A DNA stretch of 43,158 bases from a virus (taxonomy: Duplodnaviria > Caudoviricetes): the IMG/VR virus record IMGVR_UViG_3300029179_000006, positions 1-43,158 of that record. The stretch is one strand, 5' to 3'. A program made the position numbers and the translations under genes. Of the stretch, positions 1 through 8,934 are shown piece after piece (positions within the stretch are counted from its first letter, which is position 1; each line of letters starts with the position of its first letter). The notes under the pieces are model-generated. The model was not told the origin of the DNA. It saw nothing but the letters and a program-made list of their open reading frames with translations, and made no database searches.

Positions 1-11
1 CAGTCACGATC
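1..11 (+). other. Remnant of random-amplification (Round A/B, SISPA) primer; library artefact
   Basis: CAGTCACGATC equals the 3' end of primer GTTTCCCAGTCACGATC; the full reverse complement sits at the other contig end. Confidence 0.85.
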
Positions 12-46
12 AGAGTAATCTCTCCATTCTAAGTATTTTTCTCTTT

Positions 47-79
47 AAGGCCCCGCGAGTCGGGGCTTTTTCTTTTTTT
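47..79 (+). terminator. Rho-independent terminator of an upstream unit
   Basis: Stem GCCCCG-CGAGT-CGGGGC followed by a T-rich tract. Confidence 0.8.
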
Positions 80-81
80 AC

Positions 82-110
82 TTGACTTTTGTATTTGGAT
101 GTGCTAATAT
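82..110 (+). promoter_or_regulatory. sigma70-type early promoter P1
   Basis: TTGACT-17bp-TAATAT with extended -10 TG; AAGGAAGGA RBS before ATG 150. Confidence 0.8.
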
Positions 111-149
111 TATAAAAGTGATTAATATATTCTCAAGGAAGGAATATAG

Positions 150-2153
150 ATGCAGATGAAGTATATCAGGTTAGCTAAGGGTCTAAAAGACCAAATCAAT
201 CACCTTATTCCACTATCTGATCTTAAGAGTATCGATAAAATCATCGCTAAATCACCCAATGCAGACTTCTACACGTCTCTTTATCGTTACGAAGATCGGC
301 ATTATGAACAATTTAAGCGTGAGCATTCAGTCAAAGGTATTCGAGACGTAACAACCCCGAGGATTTTCTTTGATTTTGACGACGGTGTTGACATTAACAA
401 CGCTAAAAAAGATACGGTAGAATTATGTGCTAGACTCATCGAGCAAGGGGTTCCAGAGGACAAGATTCGGGTTTACTTTTCGGGCAACAAAGGATTTCAT
501 GTTGAGCTTTTCACGGATAAAGAACGCACTAGACAAGAATTCTATAACATTGTAGCAAATCTATCCAAAGATTTGAAAAGTTTTGATCACCGTATTAATG
601 ATGAGCAGAGAGTTCTACGTCGAGTGATTACAAAACATCCTAAATCTGGATTGTATAAGATTCCATTGACAACGACTGAACTTACGACAACAACTGTTGA
701 TGAAATTCGAGAATGGGCAAAAATAGTTGAAGGGGCGGACCAAGAAGTAGTAGTTGATGAAAATTTTACAATCACACTTCCCGAAGAAATTGAAGCGTTG
801 AAGAATGTCGAATATCGAAAAGTTGTTGCAACGGACCATGATGATGCTGCGCTGACTAAATTTGATGTCAATACTATTGATTTTTCTCAGTGCCCACGTT
901 GGATGGCTAAGGAACGATACGCCCTCCAAGAGGGGTTTTTCTATGGCAGCAATAGTATCGGTAAAGGTGAGCGAAATACTGCGTTTATGATTCTCGCTGC
1001 CACATATAAAAATCAAGGTTTTAGTCCGGATCACACAACAAATTTGTTAATGGCTACCGCCGAAAAACAGGCTAAACGAACTGGAGAAGCTCCCTATACT
1101 GAAGAACAAATGAAACAAGAGATTATATCAACTGTTTTTAGTTCTGGTTGGAAAGGCGGTATTTATGGACGCGATGAAGAATTACTTCAGATTACCCGAC
1201 AGCGGTTTAATCTTGTTGAAGAAGTGATTGATTTAGATTTAGTTGATATTTCGAATGTCGGGACGGACTTTAAAGATTTTGCAAAAAATATCGATCGAAA
1301 TACAATCAAAACGGGATTAAAAACACTTGACGATAATGTTCTTATTACGAGTGGTATGATGGTTAGCTTGTTGGCCGCTCCAGGAGCGGGCAAAACATCT
1401 TTTGCTAATATGTTTGTTGAACACCTAAGTCAGATTGGCGAGTCAACCCTTTACTTCTCCCTGGACATGTATAAAAATTTGCTTTTCGCCCGTCTTCTTC
1501 AACGTTATTCTGGCTACGATATGCGAACTATTTTACATATGTACAAGGAAGATAATGCCGATGAATCATTAACTCAGGCTTATGCAGAAGTTCTTAAAAG
1601 CTACAGCAATGCTTATTTTAATTTTCGTTCTGGCCCTACAGTTGAAGAAATTGAACAAGAGATTGTTAAATATCAACAAGAAAAAGGCAAAGACGTTAAA
1701 CTTGTTGTTATTGATTATTTGGAAAAGGTTCGGGGTCCTTTTGCCGATTCTACAGCCAATTCTGCTTATGTCGCAAGCCGATTGTCTGACATTGCAAAAA
1801 AATATCACACTACTGTGTTGCTACTTGTTCAACCGCAAAAATCTGCTGGAGATCCTCGAGAAGAACTAATCTCATATCGAAAAATCAAAGGGGCGTCAGT
1901 TATTGAGCAAGACTCGCGAATTGTTCTAACTATGTCTCGTCCAGGATATGACCCCAAAGACATGTCCAACGATAATTTTGCGACAATTTCTGTTGTTAAA
2001 AATAATATGGGAAATCTTTCGCAGCTTGATTTTGGTTGGGACGGAGTTAAAGGGGAATTAAGTGATTTAGACTCAGACAGTCGAAAGGAATTGGCCGCGC
2101 TTAGAAAAGAATTAGAAGAAAAAAAGCGAGAAGCCAATGACGATCTCTTCTAA
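150..2153 (+). CDS. Primase-helicase fusion: N-terminal AEP (prim-pol) domain plus C-terminal DnaB/SF4-like helicase
   Basis: AEP motifs FFDFDD and SGNKGFH; Walker A AAPGAGKT; VIDY; KGASVIEQD. Confidence 0.88.
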   Translation: MQMKYIRLAKGLKDQINHLIPLSDLKSIDKIIAKSPNADFYTSLYRYEDRHYEQFKREHSVKGIRDVTTPRIFFDFDDGVDINNAKKDTVELCARLIEQGVPEDKIRVYFSGNKGFHVELFTDKERTRQEFYNIVANLSKDLKSFDHRINDEQRVLRRVITKHPKSGLYKIPLTTTELTTTTVDEIREWAKIVEGADQEVVVDENFTITLPEEIEALKNVEYRKVVATDHDDAALTKFDVNTIDFSQCPRWMAKERYALQEGFFYGSNSIGKGERNTAFMILAATYKNQGFSPDHTTNLLMATAEKQAKRTGEAPYTEEQMKQEIISTVFSSGWKGGIYGRDEELLQITRQRFNLVEEVIDLDLVDISNVGTDFKDFAKNIDRNTIKTGLKTLDDNVLITSGMMVSLLAAPGAGKTSFANMFVEHLSQIGESTLYFSLDMYKNLLFARLLQRYSGYDMRTILHMYKEDNADESLTQAYAEVLKSYSNAYFNFRSGPTVEEIEQEIVKYQQEKGKDVKLVVIDYLEKVRGPFADSTANSAYVASRLSDIAKKYHTTVLLLVQPQKSAGDPREELISYRKIKGASVIEQDSRIVLTMSRPGYDPKDMSNDNFATISVVKNNMGNLSQLDFGWDGVKGELSDLDSDSRKELAALRKELEEKKREANDDLF

Positions 2154-2433
2154 ATCTGTTAAAAAATTAAAAGAACAATTTCTTGGTCAAAATGTTATAG
2201 TTTATTTAAAAGATATGAATGTTGTAACCGTTAACGAAGAAGGTCAAGAGCTAAATATTACGGCAATGACTGAGGCACACGTTGTTGATATTGATCAAAA
2301 CTATTTTTATATGGGACTCCCTGATGGGACTATTACAAGGATTATTCAGCATGAAATCGCTGGAATGGTTGAACTAGCGTTTGATCAAGACGCAGAAATG
2401 CAACTCCCCACTGATGAGGATGACGTACATTGA
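2137..2433 (+). CDS. Small acidic protein, possible Sm/LSm-like beta-barrel
   Basis: Overlaps both neighbours; pattern FLGQNVIVYLKD...VVDIDQNYFY; acidic C-terminal tail. Confidence 0.6.
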   Translation: MTISSKSVKKLKEQFLGQNVIVYLKDMNVVTVNEEGQELNITAMTEAHVVDIDQNYFYMGLPDGTITRIIQHEIAGMVELAFDQDAEMQLPTDEDDVH

Positions 2434-4775
2434 TTAATTCTCTAATTTTTGGAAACGATAAAACTGAAGGCATTGTAAATATTACTCTTAAAAATGATCA
2501 AGTCTATCTTTATACTGAAGATACTCAAGGTAAAATTAACGTAGAGATAATGGATTATCAGCCTTGGGTTTTAAGTCCAACTAAAGTTCGTGATTACTCT
2601 GAGCGCTTGAAAGGCGACCAATATTATCGTTATATTACTTCTACAACAACTGAAAAATTTAAAGCATTACAAGAAAACTATCAAAGAGATCTCTGGATAC
2701 CTAGAAACATAGTTGAAACGTTTACGCTTTGCGAAGGAACTACATATTTCAAAAATAGAAAAGTAAATGATATCTCGATTTTGTCATTCGATATTGAAAC
2801 TAGCGGCCTTAAAATGAATGATACCTCTCGTGTATTTTTAATTACCAACACCCTACGTAAGGGCGGCCAAACAACCAATAAAACCTTTTCATTGGTCGAT
2901 TATCCACTCGGACACGGTCAAATGATTGAAGCGTGGTGTGATTGGGTCAGAGAAACTGATCCCAGCATCATTTGTGGCCATAATATACTAAGCTACGATT
3001 TACCTTATCTTCAACACTGTAGTCAATTTCCGTTGTTGCTAGGCCGCGATGGATCTGCGATTGAATTTGAAGAAAAGGTTTCTAAATTCCGTAAAGACGG
3101 GTCGCAGCAATATGAATACCATAATGCCTTTATAACCGGCAGAGAGATCATCGACACATTTTTTCTTAGTATTAAGTATGACATTGGGAGAGACTTTCCA
3201 AGTTACGGTTTGAAACCTATTATTAAATATCTAGGATTAGAAAAAGAAGGCAGGTCTTTCATTGATGCGTCAAAATTCAGTAAATATTATGAAAACCGGG
3301 AGAAAGACCCCGAAACTTGGGCCAAAGCCGTAGCATATGCTAGTGAGGACAGCGAAGACGCCCTAAAATTATACGACAAGATGATTGCTCCATTCTTTTA
3401 TCTCGCCCAATCCATTCCAAAAACCTTCCAACAAATGATTAATGAAGCCACCGGCTCACAACTTGATAGTCTAATGATCCGGTCATATCTTCAAAACGGT
3501 TACAGCCAACCAAAAACTTCAGGAAAAGCGCCATTTGAGGGCGCAGTATCTATGGGAATACCAGGAATCTATGACTATGTTTGTAAAGCTGACGTAGCGT
3601 CTCTGTACCCGTCAATTATGCTGGAATACAACATTCACGACAAGCAAAAAGACCCTAATGATCATATGATTCAGATGCTTAAGTATTTTCGAGATGAACG
3701 TCTTAAAAACAAGAAACTAGCAAAAGAAACGGGCGATAAGTATTATGACGACATGCAAAATGCCCAGAAAATTTTGATTAACTCACTTTATGGATTTTTG
3801 GGGGCAGGATATCTGTTGTATAACTATCCTAAAGGTGCAGCAGAAGTAACTAGAAAAGGCCGAGAAATCCTCTTAAAAAGCGTTGAATGGGCTACTGGAT
3901 ATACATTACATAAAACAGTTAAAGAGGTTGTTAATGCTGGTACCGATGATGAAGAAATTAAATATGAATGGTCAATCGGCGATAAAGTCGGGCCAGGCCG
4001 GGGATATCAACTGGTAAATGTAGATACAGACTCTTTTTCGGTTACTCGCAATGGTCAAGTCATTACCAAAGAATTCTTTTCCCGAGAACTAAAAGAATTA
4101 AATTCTATTTATCCTGAACTTATTAAATGGGAGGATGATGGTATTTATGAGAAAGTCATTGTCATTAGGGCAAAGAATTACGTTTTAGTTAAAGATGGCA
4201 AAGTTAAATATAAGGGTTCCGCAATTTTAGATCAAAAGAAAGAACCGGCATTGGTTGAAATGCTCGAAAAAATGATTGAAGCCATGTTGGCCAATGAGAT
4301 AGAAAATTTGCCAAATATATATAACGAATATATTAAAGAAGCGATGCGAATTAAGGATATTAATCGCTGGGTAATGAAGCGTACAGTTACAGAAGCCGTT
4401 TTAGCTGCATCAGATCCCGAAGCTCGGGCACACGAGCGTAAAGTCTACGATGCTATTCAAGAAACAATAAGACTTGGAATAGTTGAAGGGGTACAGGAAG
4501 GCGATAAAGTTTGGATGTATGAAGCAATTGATGGGGAGATTCAGGAAGTAAAAAAGGGCGAACCGACCTTTTATAAAACCGGGCTCCCAAAAATGATCCC
4601 CAAAAAAGTGTTAAAAGACTATCGTTTATGGAAGCACGACGAAAATCAAAAGCATTATCTAAAACGTATTCTTGATACTGTATATATTTTAGAAAGCGTA
4701 TTAAAAATTGAGCAATTTCCTGACTATACGATAAAAAAGAATGAACCCCTTCTAAATTCTCTTGACTTTTCTTAA
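2430..4775 (+). CDS. polB: Family B DNA polymerase with 3'-5' exonuclease
   Basis: Exo motifs SFDIETS and GHNILSYDLPYL; polymerase motifs DVASLYPS, KILINSLYG, DTDS, KNY. Confidence 0.95.
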   Translation: MINSLIFGNDKTEGIVNITLKNDQVYLYTEDTQGKINVEIMDYQPWVLSPTKVRDYSERLKGDQYYRYITSTTTEKFKALQENYQRDLWIPRNIVETFTLCEGTTYFKNRKVNDISILSFDIETSGLKMNDTSRVFLITNTLRKGGQTTNKTFSLVDYPLGHGQMIEAWCDWVRETDPSIICGHNILSYDLPYLQHCSQFPLLLGRDGSAIEFEEKVSKFRKDGSQQYEYHNAFITGREIIDTFFLSIKYDIGRDFPSYGLKPIIKYLGLEKEGRSFIDASKFSKYYENREKDPETWAKAVAYASEDSEDALKLYDKMIAPFFYLAQSIPKTFQQMINEATGSQLDSLMIRSYLQNGYSQPKTSGKAPFEGAVSMGIPGIYDYVCKADVASLYPSIMLEYNIHDKQKDPNDHMIQMLKYFRDERLKNKKLAKETGDKYYDDMQNAQKILINSLYGFLGAGYLLYNYPKGAAEVTRKGREILLKSVEWATGYTLHKTVKEVVNAGTDDEEIKYEWSIGDKVGPGRGYQLVNVDTDSFSVTRNGQVITKEFFSRELKELNSIYPELIKWEDDGIYEKVIVIRAKNYVLVKDGKVKYKGSAILDQKKEPALVEMLEKMIEAMLANEIENLPNIYNEYIKEAMRIKDINRWVMKRTVTEAVLAASDPEARAHERKVYDAIQETIRLGIVEGVQEGDKVWMYEAIDGEIQEVKKGEPTFYKTGLPKMIPKKVLKDYRLWKHDENQKHYLKRILDTVYILESVLKIEQFPDYTIKKNEPLLNSLDFS

Positions 4776-4790
4776 AGGCTGTGTTACTAT
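4762..4790 (+). promoter_or_regulatory. sigma70-type early promoter P2 (predicted leaderless mRNA)
   Basis: TTGACT-17bp-TACTAT with extended TG; in-frame ATG at 4797, 6 nt after the -10. Confidence 0.8.
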
Positions 4791-4796
4791 ATGAAT

Positions 4797-5042
4797 ATGT
4801 CTCATGGATCGAGATACGATTTAACTGAATTTGCCTACAGTAAAAATGTAGTTCAGGATCTACCTAAACTTATTCATATCTATGAAAAGTTAATACCAAT
4901 TTTAGAAAGTTATCGACATTATACCTGTGCTTGGGAAGTATTACAAGCAGTAGAGGATTGTCGAATGTTGGCCAAAATTCAACTTGATTATTATGGTCAA
5001 GTGCATAAAAATAAAGGATTAGTAAAAACTAATGAAGACTAG
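4797..5042 (+). CDS. Hypothetical protein (start revised from 4791)
   Basis: ORF coupled to the next gene; second ATG falls at the predicted transcription start. Confidence 0.7.
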   Translation: MSHGSRYDLTEFAYSKNVVQDLPKLIHIYEKLIPILESYRHYTCAWEVLQAVEDCRMLAKIQLDYYGQVHKNKGLVKTNED

Positions 5043-6222
5043 TGAATCAACACAAGCGCTTTTAAATCGAATTGTTAAAGGTATTGAAGATACGGCCAAG
5101 GCACGGGGCATTACTCCGCAAGAGGTTACTTCAATTCAGTTTTTTGAGCATGTCCCCGGAGTAACCCCTTGGGATTTTCGTAAATTTCAAGGTTTTGCTG
5201 CGATTAAAAAGACATATTTTCCGATTGATAATAAAGATTTAGCAGTAATTCGTCGAGAAAAGGAAATTGTTAAATATGTTCGCACATTAGAGAATAAAGC
5301 ATCGGGACAACTCGTTTTAGAACAAGAATTGCGCAAGATCGTTCAGGAAAGCCTTCAAAATCTACCTATTGAAACCATTAAACTAGAGAAGCCTAAAATT
5401 ATTGAAGGAACGGGGCTAACAATCGAATTGATGCTCTCCGATCTTCACTATGGCCGCAAATCGAAGGCATTTAACATTAAGGTTGCTCGGGAACGTATGC
5501 AACGACTAACAACCGTTTTTCTTCAAGAACTTGATCGAAAGAAAAAAGAAGGATATAAGGTTGAACGCATTATTGTTGCCCTCATTGGGGACATCATTGA
5601 AAACTTCTCGTTCCACGGTCTAGAATCAGCAGCGGCCTCTGAATTTGGAAACTCCCGGCAGGTTCAAGAAGCCATTACATCGTTGTACTACGATACTATT
5701 ATGCCAATTGCCAAATTGGGTTACGACGTATTTATTCCTTGCGTAACGGGTAATCACGATCGGGCAGACGTAAATAAAACCATGAATAATCCCGGCGAAA
5801 ATCATTTAACTTGGATTGTGTATACTGCGCTAGAGGAATACTGTAAAATTGCGGGGCTTAAGAACGTAAAATTTGAAATAGCTAAGGGCAGTTATATCAT
5901 TCACAAAATTTACAATAATAATTGCCTTTATGAGCATGGCGACAATTGTAAATCTAACGTTAAACGTAGTTTTGAAACACTGATGTCTAATCGTGGTATT
6001 CAAAATAATGTAACGATTGATTTTGGACGCTTCGGTCATTTTCATGATTACGCATGTTATGATCGTGGTAGGATCATCGTTAATGAATCATTGGCCGGAC
6101 AAGATAGTTATTCGGAAGTATCGGGCTACAATTCAAAAGCTGGTCAAACAATTAATTATTATGTTAATACTAAAAAGCGCGCAAATTCGTTCTTCTATAG
6201 TTTTCCCGTAGATTTGACATAA
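5032..6222 (+). CDS. Calcineurin-like metallophosphoesterase with N-terminal helical extension
   Basis: Motifs SDLHYG, GDIIE, GNHD, HGD, GHFH. Confidence 0.9.
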   Translation: MKTSESTQALLNRIVKGIEDTAKARGITPQEVTSIQFFEHVPGVTPWDFRKFQGFAAIKKTYFPIDNKDLAVIRREKEIVKYVRTLENKASGQLVLEQELRKIVQESLQNLPIETIKLEKPKIIEGTGLTIELMLSDLHYGRKSKAFNIKVARERMQRLTTVFLQELDRKKKEGYKVERIIVALIGDIIENFSFHGLESAAASEFGNSRQVQEAITSLYYDTIMPIAKLGYDVFIPCVTGNHDRADVNKTMNNPGENHLTWIVYTALEEYCKIAGLKNVKFEIAKGSYIIHKIYNNNCLYEHGDNCKSNVKRSFETLMSNRGIQNNVTIDFGRFGHFHDYACYDRGRIIVNESLAGQDSYSEVSGYNSKAGQTINYYVNTKKRANSFFYSFPVDLT

Positions 6223-6234
6223 ATAGGATAATGT

Positions 6235-6570
6235 ATGCAGATTAAAAAGCGGTTACATAAAGATAAATGGACGATTAGTATTGTTACCGCCAAAGAAATG
6301 AAAAAAATTGCTGACGACGATGTGACTTGTGGGTTATGCGTTGCCGACGAGAAAGCAATTTATATTAGAGAAGATAGCGTTGATTATTCCGTTATTGCAC
6401 ACGAACTTTGGCACGCTTACTGGAGTTATTTATATTTAAGTGACACTAGTAATGTGACTTTAGATGATGCCGAAGAGATAGGCGCATCATTTTTTGCTGC
6501 TGAAGGTGTTGAAATGGTTAAAAAGGCGAAAGAAATTACAACTGCCCTTAAAAAGATGATGGAGGATTAA
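6235..6570 (+). CDS. Minimal HEXXH zincin-like metallopeptidase
   Basis: IAHELWHAY with downstream EE. Confidence 0.7.
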   Translation: MQIKKRLHKDKWTISIVTAKEMKKIADDDVTCGLCVADEKAIYIREDSVDYSVIAHELWHAYWSYLYLSDTSNVTLDDAEEIGASFFAAEGVEMVKKAKEITTALKKMMED

Positions 6571-7037
6571 TGTCGCAAAAAGGTCGTAGGGATAACAAAA
6601 ATAAACTTCGGTATAATAATTTACCACTATGGCTAATTAAACCCGCTGTAGAAGTTGGACATTTCGGCGAAACTAAATACGATTCTTACAATTTTCTTAA
6701 AGGCCTCTCAGTTTCTGACACAATCAATTCACTTTATCGTCATTTAGAGAAAGTAGATAATCCCGAAACATCTGATTATGATGAAGAAAGTAATTTGCAT
6801 CATTTGGCGCATGTTGCCTGGAATGCACTAGTTGCAATTCACTTCATCCAAACTAGACCAGATCTCGATGATCGCTATAAAACTCTTGTTCAAAAAGAAA
6901 GGAGCAAACAAAATGCAATTTCTGAAACAACTGTGGATAAAAATTCAAATGAAACTGGTGGCGATGTTTCTCAAGAGACATCCGGATCTGCATCTGGAGT
7001 TGACTCAAAAAATGTTAATTCCGGCGCCGCTGTTTAA
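6570..7037 (+). CDS. dATP/dGTP diphosphohydrolase-like protein (DUF5664-type)
   Basis: KLRYNNLP, FGETKY, SLYRHL, DEESNLHHLAHVAWNAL. Confidence 0.82.
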   Translation: MSQKGRRDNKNKLRYNNLPLWLIKPAVEVGHFGETKYDSYNFLKGLSVSDTINSLYRHLEKVDNPETSDYDEESNLHHLAHVAWNALVAIHFIQTRPDLDDRYKTLVQKERSKQNAISETTVDKNSNETGGDVSQETSGSASGVDSKNVNSGAAV

Positions 7038-7221
7038 TATTGGTGACGTTGTTCAACATCAAAATAACGATGAGTTGTTTGCCGTTGTTGGCACCTATTA
7101 CGATGAGGATTTGCGAGCGCATTTATTCATTACCGATAGTAACGCTAAGATTTTTGGAGTAAATGGTGAGTTTTATAAACTAAGCTCCGATATTGGTAAT
7201 ATAACCCGAGCTAAATTTTAA
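6913..7221 (+). CDS. Hypothetical protein with SH3-like C-terminal part (start revised from 6832)
   Basis: AAGGAG RBS before ATG 6913; FNIGDVVQH pattern. Confidence 0.6.
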   Translation: MQFLKQLWIKIQMKLVAMFLKRHPDLHLELTQKMLIPAPLFNIGDVVQHQNNDELFAVVGTYYDEDLRAHLFITDSNAKIFGVNGEFYKLSSDIGNITRAKF

Positions 7222-7229
7222 GGAATATA

Positions 7230-7544
7230 ATGAATTACAGAGAAGAAGTACTACGAACAGCCGCTTCCCATAAAGATCCATTAAGCCTGGGCGCTTTGGG
7301 GTTGGCTGGTGAAACTGGGGAAGTTGTCGATTTAATTAAGAAGCATATTCATCATGGAGTTAAATTAGACAGAGCAAAACTTATTAATGAATTGGGTGAT
7401 GTTCGATGGTATTTTGAATTATTGTGTCATTCTATTGGTGTTAGCATGGAAGAAGTAGAGGCGGGCAACGTAACCAAACTTAGAAAACGTTATCCCGACG
7501 GCTTTTCGACAGAGGCATCAATTCAACGAAAGGATCAAGCATGA
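7230..7544 (+). CDS. mazG: MazG-like nucleotide pyrophosphohydrolase
   Basis: GLAGETGEVVDLIKK, ELGDVRWY, NVTKLRKRYPDGF. Confidence 0.9.
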   Translation: MNYREEVLRTAASHKDPLSLGALGLAGETGEVVDLIKKHIHHGVKLDRAKLINELGDVRWYFELLCHSIGVSMEEVEAGNVTKLRKRYPDGFSTEASIQRKDQA

Positions 7545-7960
7545 AACAGTTTGTTTATCTGTCCGGCCCAATGGGTGGATGCAGTTTTCATGAAATGGCA
7601 GATTGGCGCGCATACGTCGAAGAGAGACTCAATAGTTCGACATTAAAGTGTTTAGTTCCAACTCGGTCATTTACTGCTACTAGTGTACCAGTTGAAACGG
7701 ATAAATGGATTAATCGTCGCGATTACTTTGATTGTGTTCGCTCTCAGTGTATTTTAGTTAATTTTAAAGGGATGAAGAATATCTCGATCGGAACAATTAT
7801 GGAGATTGCCTGGGCATATCAAAAGCAAATCCATATTGTATGTGTGACTGACCCCGATGGCCCACAGAACCATCCGATGGTCAAAGACTCTATTACTCAT
7901 GAAGTTTCGTCGTTGGATGAAGGGATTGCAGCAGTAAAAGAACTTTTATCGGAGGATTAA
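7541..7960 (+). CDS. Nucleoside 2-deoxyribosyltransferase / nucleotide N-glycosidase-like protein
   Basis: VYLSGPM, RDYFDC, SIGTIMEIAWAY (catalytic Glu). Confidence 0.82.
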   Translation: MKQFVYLSGPMGGCSFHEMADWRAYVEERLNSSTLKCLVPTRSFTATSVPVETDKWINRRDYFDCVRSQCILVNFKGMKNISIGTIMEIAWAYQKQIHIVCVTDPDGPQNHPMVKDSITHEVSSLDEGIAAVKELLSED

Positions 7961-8500
7961 ATGACAACTGTAATTAATTTATTGGGCGGAAGCGGATTAG
8001 GTAAAAGCACAACGGCAGCATTAATATTTGGTGAGTTAAAACTTCTTGGAGAAAATATTGAATTAGTGCAAGAGTACGCCAAAGAATGGGCGTGGGCGGG
8101 AAAAAGGATTCTGCCGACCGATCAAGATCATATCTGTCAAGAACAATGGAATCGGGAGTCTAGACTATACGGAAAAGTTGATTTTATTGTTACCGATTCT
8201 CCCCTGATTTTGGGGCCAATGTATGAAAAGTTCTATTCCGGGGAAGACACAACATATTCGAAAACCTCTGAAAAAATAACGTCAGCAACTAATAAAGGAA
8301 TTACTTACATGAATTTTTTATTAAAACGACACAAGAAATTTAATCCAAAAGGCAGATTTGAAACTGAAGAACAAGCCAAAGAAGTCGATGCGTTTCTTCA
8401 AAAATATTTACAGGAAAAACAAATTCCCTTTCATACCGTATTATCCGAGGATAAAGAACGAGTTAATGAAATTATTAATCAAGTTCTGCTTAAAGTATGA
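7961..8500 (+). CDS. P-loop nucleotide kinase-like protein (AAA_28/NadR-like)
   Basis: GGSGLGKST, EYAKE, IVTDSPL. Confidence 0.82.
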   Translation: MTTVINLLGGSGLGKSTTAALIFGELKLLGENIELVQEYAKEWAWAGKRILPTDQDHICQEQWNRESRLYGKVDFIVTDSPLILGPMYEKFYSGEDTTYSKTSEKITSATNKGITYMNFLLKRHKKFNPKGRFETEEQAKEVDAFLQKYLQEKQIPFHTVLSEDKERVNEIINQVLLKV

Positions 8501-8934
8501 TGGAGATACTAATTCATCCCGATCCAAGATTGCGAGTTAAGTGTAAATCGATTGAAAAAGTAACAGACGAATATCGAGAACTTGCTAAAAAAATGTATGA
8601 AACCATGCTTGCTGCTGATGGCCTAGGAATAGCGGCAAATCAAGTCGGATTAGATATTCGTTTAATTGTTTTAAAAGACGACGATAAGCCTTTGTATATG
8701 TTCAATCCAGTTCCAGCTAAATCGGAAGGGAAACAAATAAATTTTGAAGGATGTTTGTCGTATCCTGGAGTTAGTCGTAAATTAAAACGAGCTAGAGAAA
8801 TAACAGTACGCTATCGGGATATTAATAATAAAGTGAGTTATAGAGTTTTAACTGGGATGATGGCGGTGGCTTTCGCCCATGAATTTGACCACATTCAAGG
8901 AGTATTATTTGAGGATCACGAAGAAGCTATTTAA
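8497..8934 (+). CDS. def: Peptide deformylase
   Basis: All three PDF motifs: GLGIAANQVG, EGCLS, HEFDH. Confidence 0.95.
   Translation: MMEILIHPDPRLRVKCKSIEKVTDEYRELAKKMYETMLAADGLGIAANQVGLDIRLIVLKDDDKPLYMFNPVPAKSEGKQINFEGCLSYPGVSRKLKRAREITVRYRDINNKVSYRVLTGMMAVAFAHEFDHIQGVLFEDHEEAI

Noticed and set aside
2430-4775. Intein or intron in the polymerase
   Set aside because: The ORF is continuous and of normal size; the insertion lacks intein terminal motifs
6570-7544. Z-genome (2-aminoadenine) or 7-deazaguanine pathway
   Set aside because: Only generic pyrophosphohydrolases are present; no PurZ, DpdA or Que genes in the window, though the missing genome part cannot be assessed
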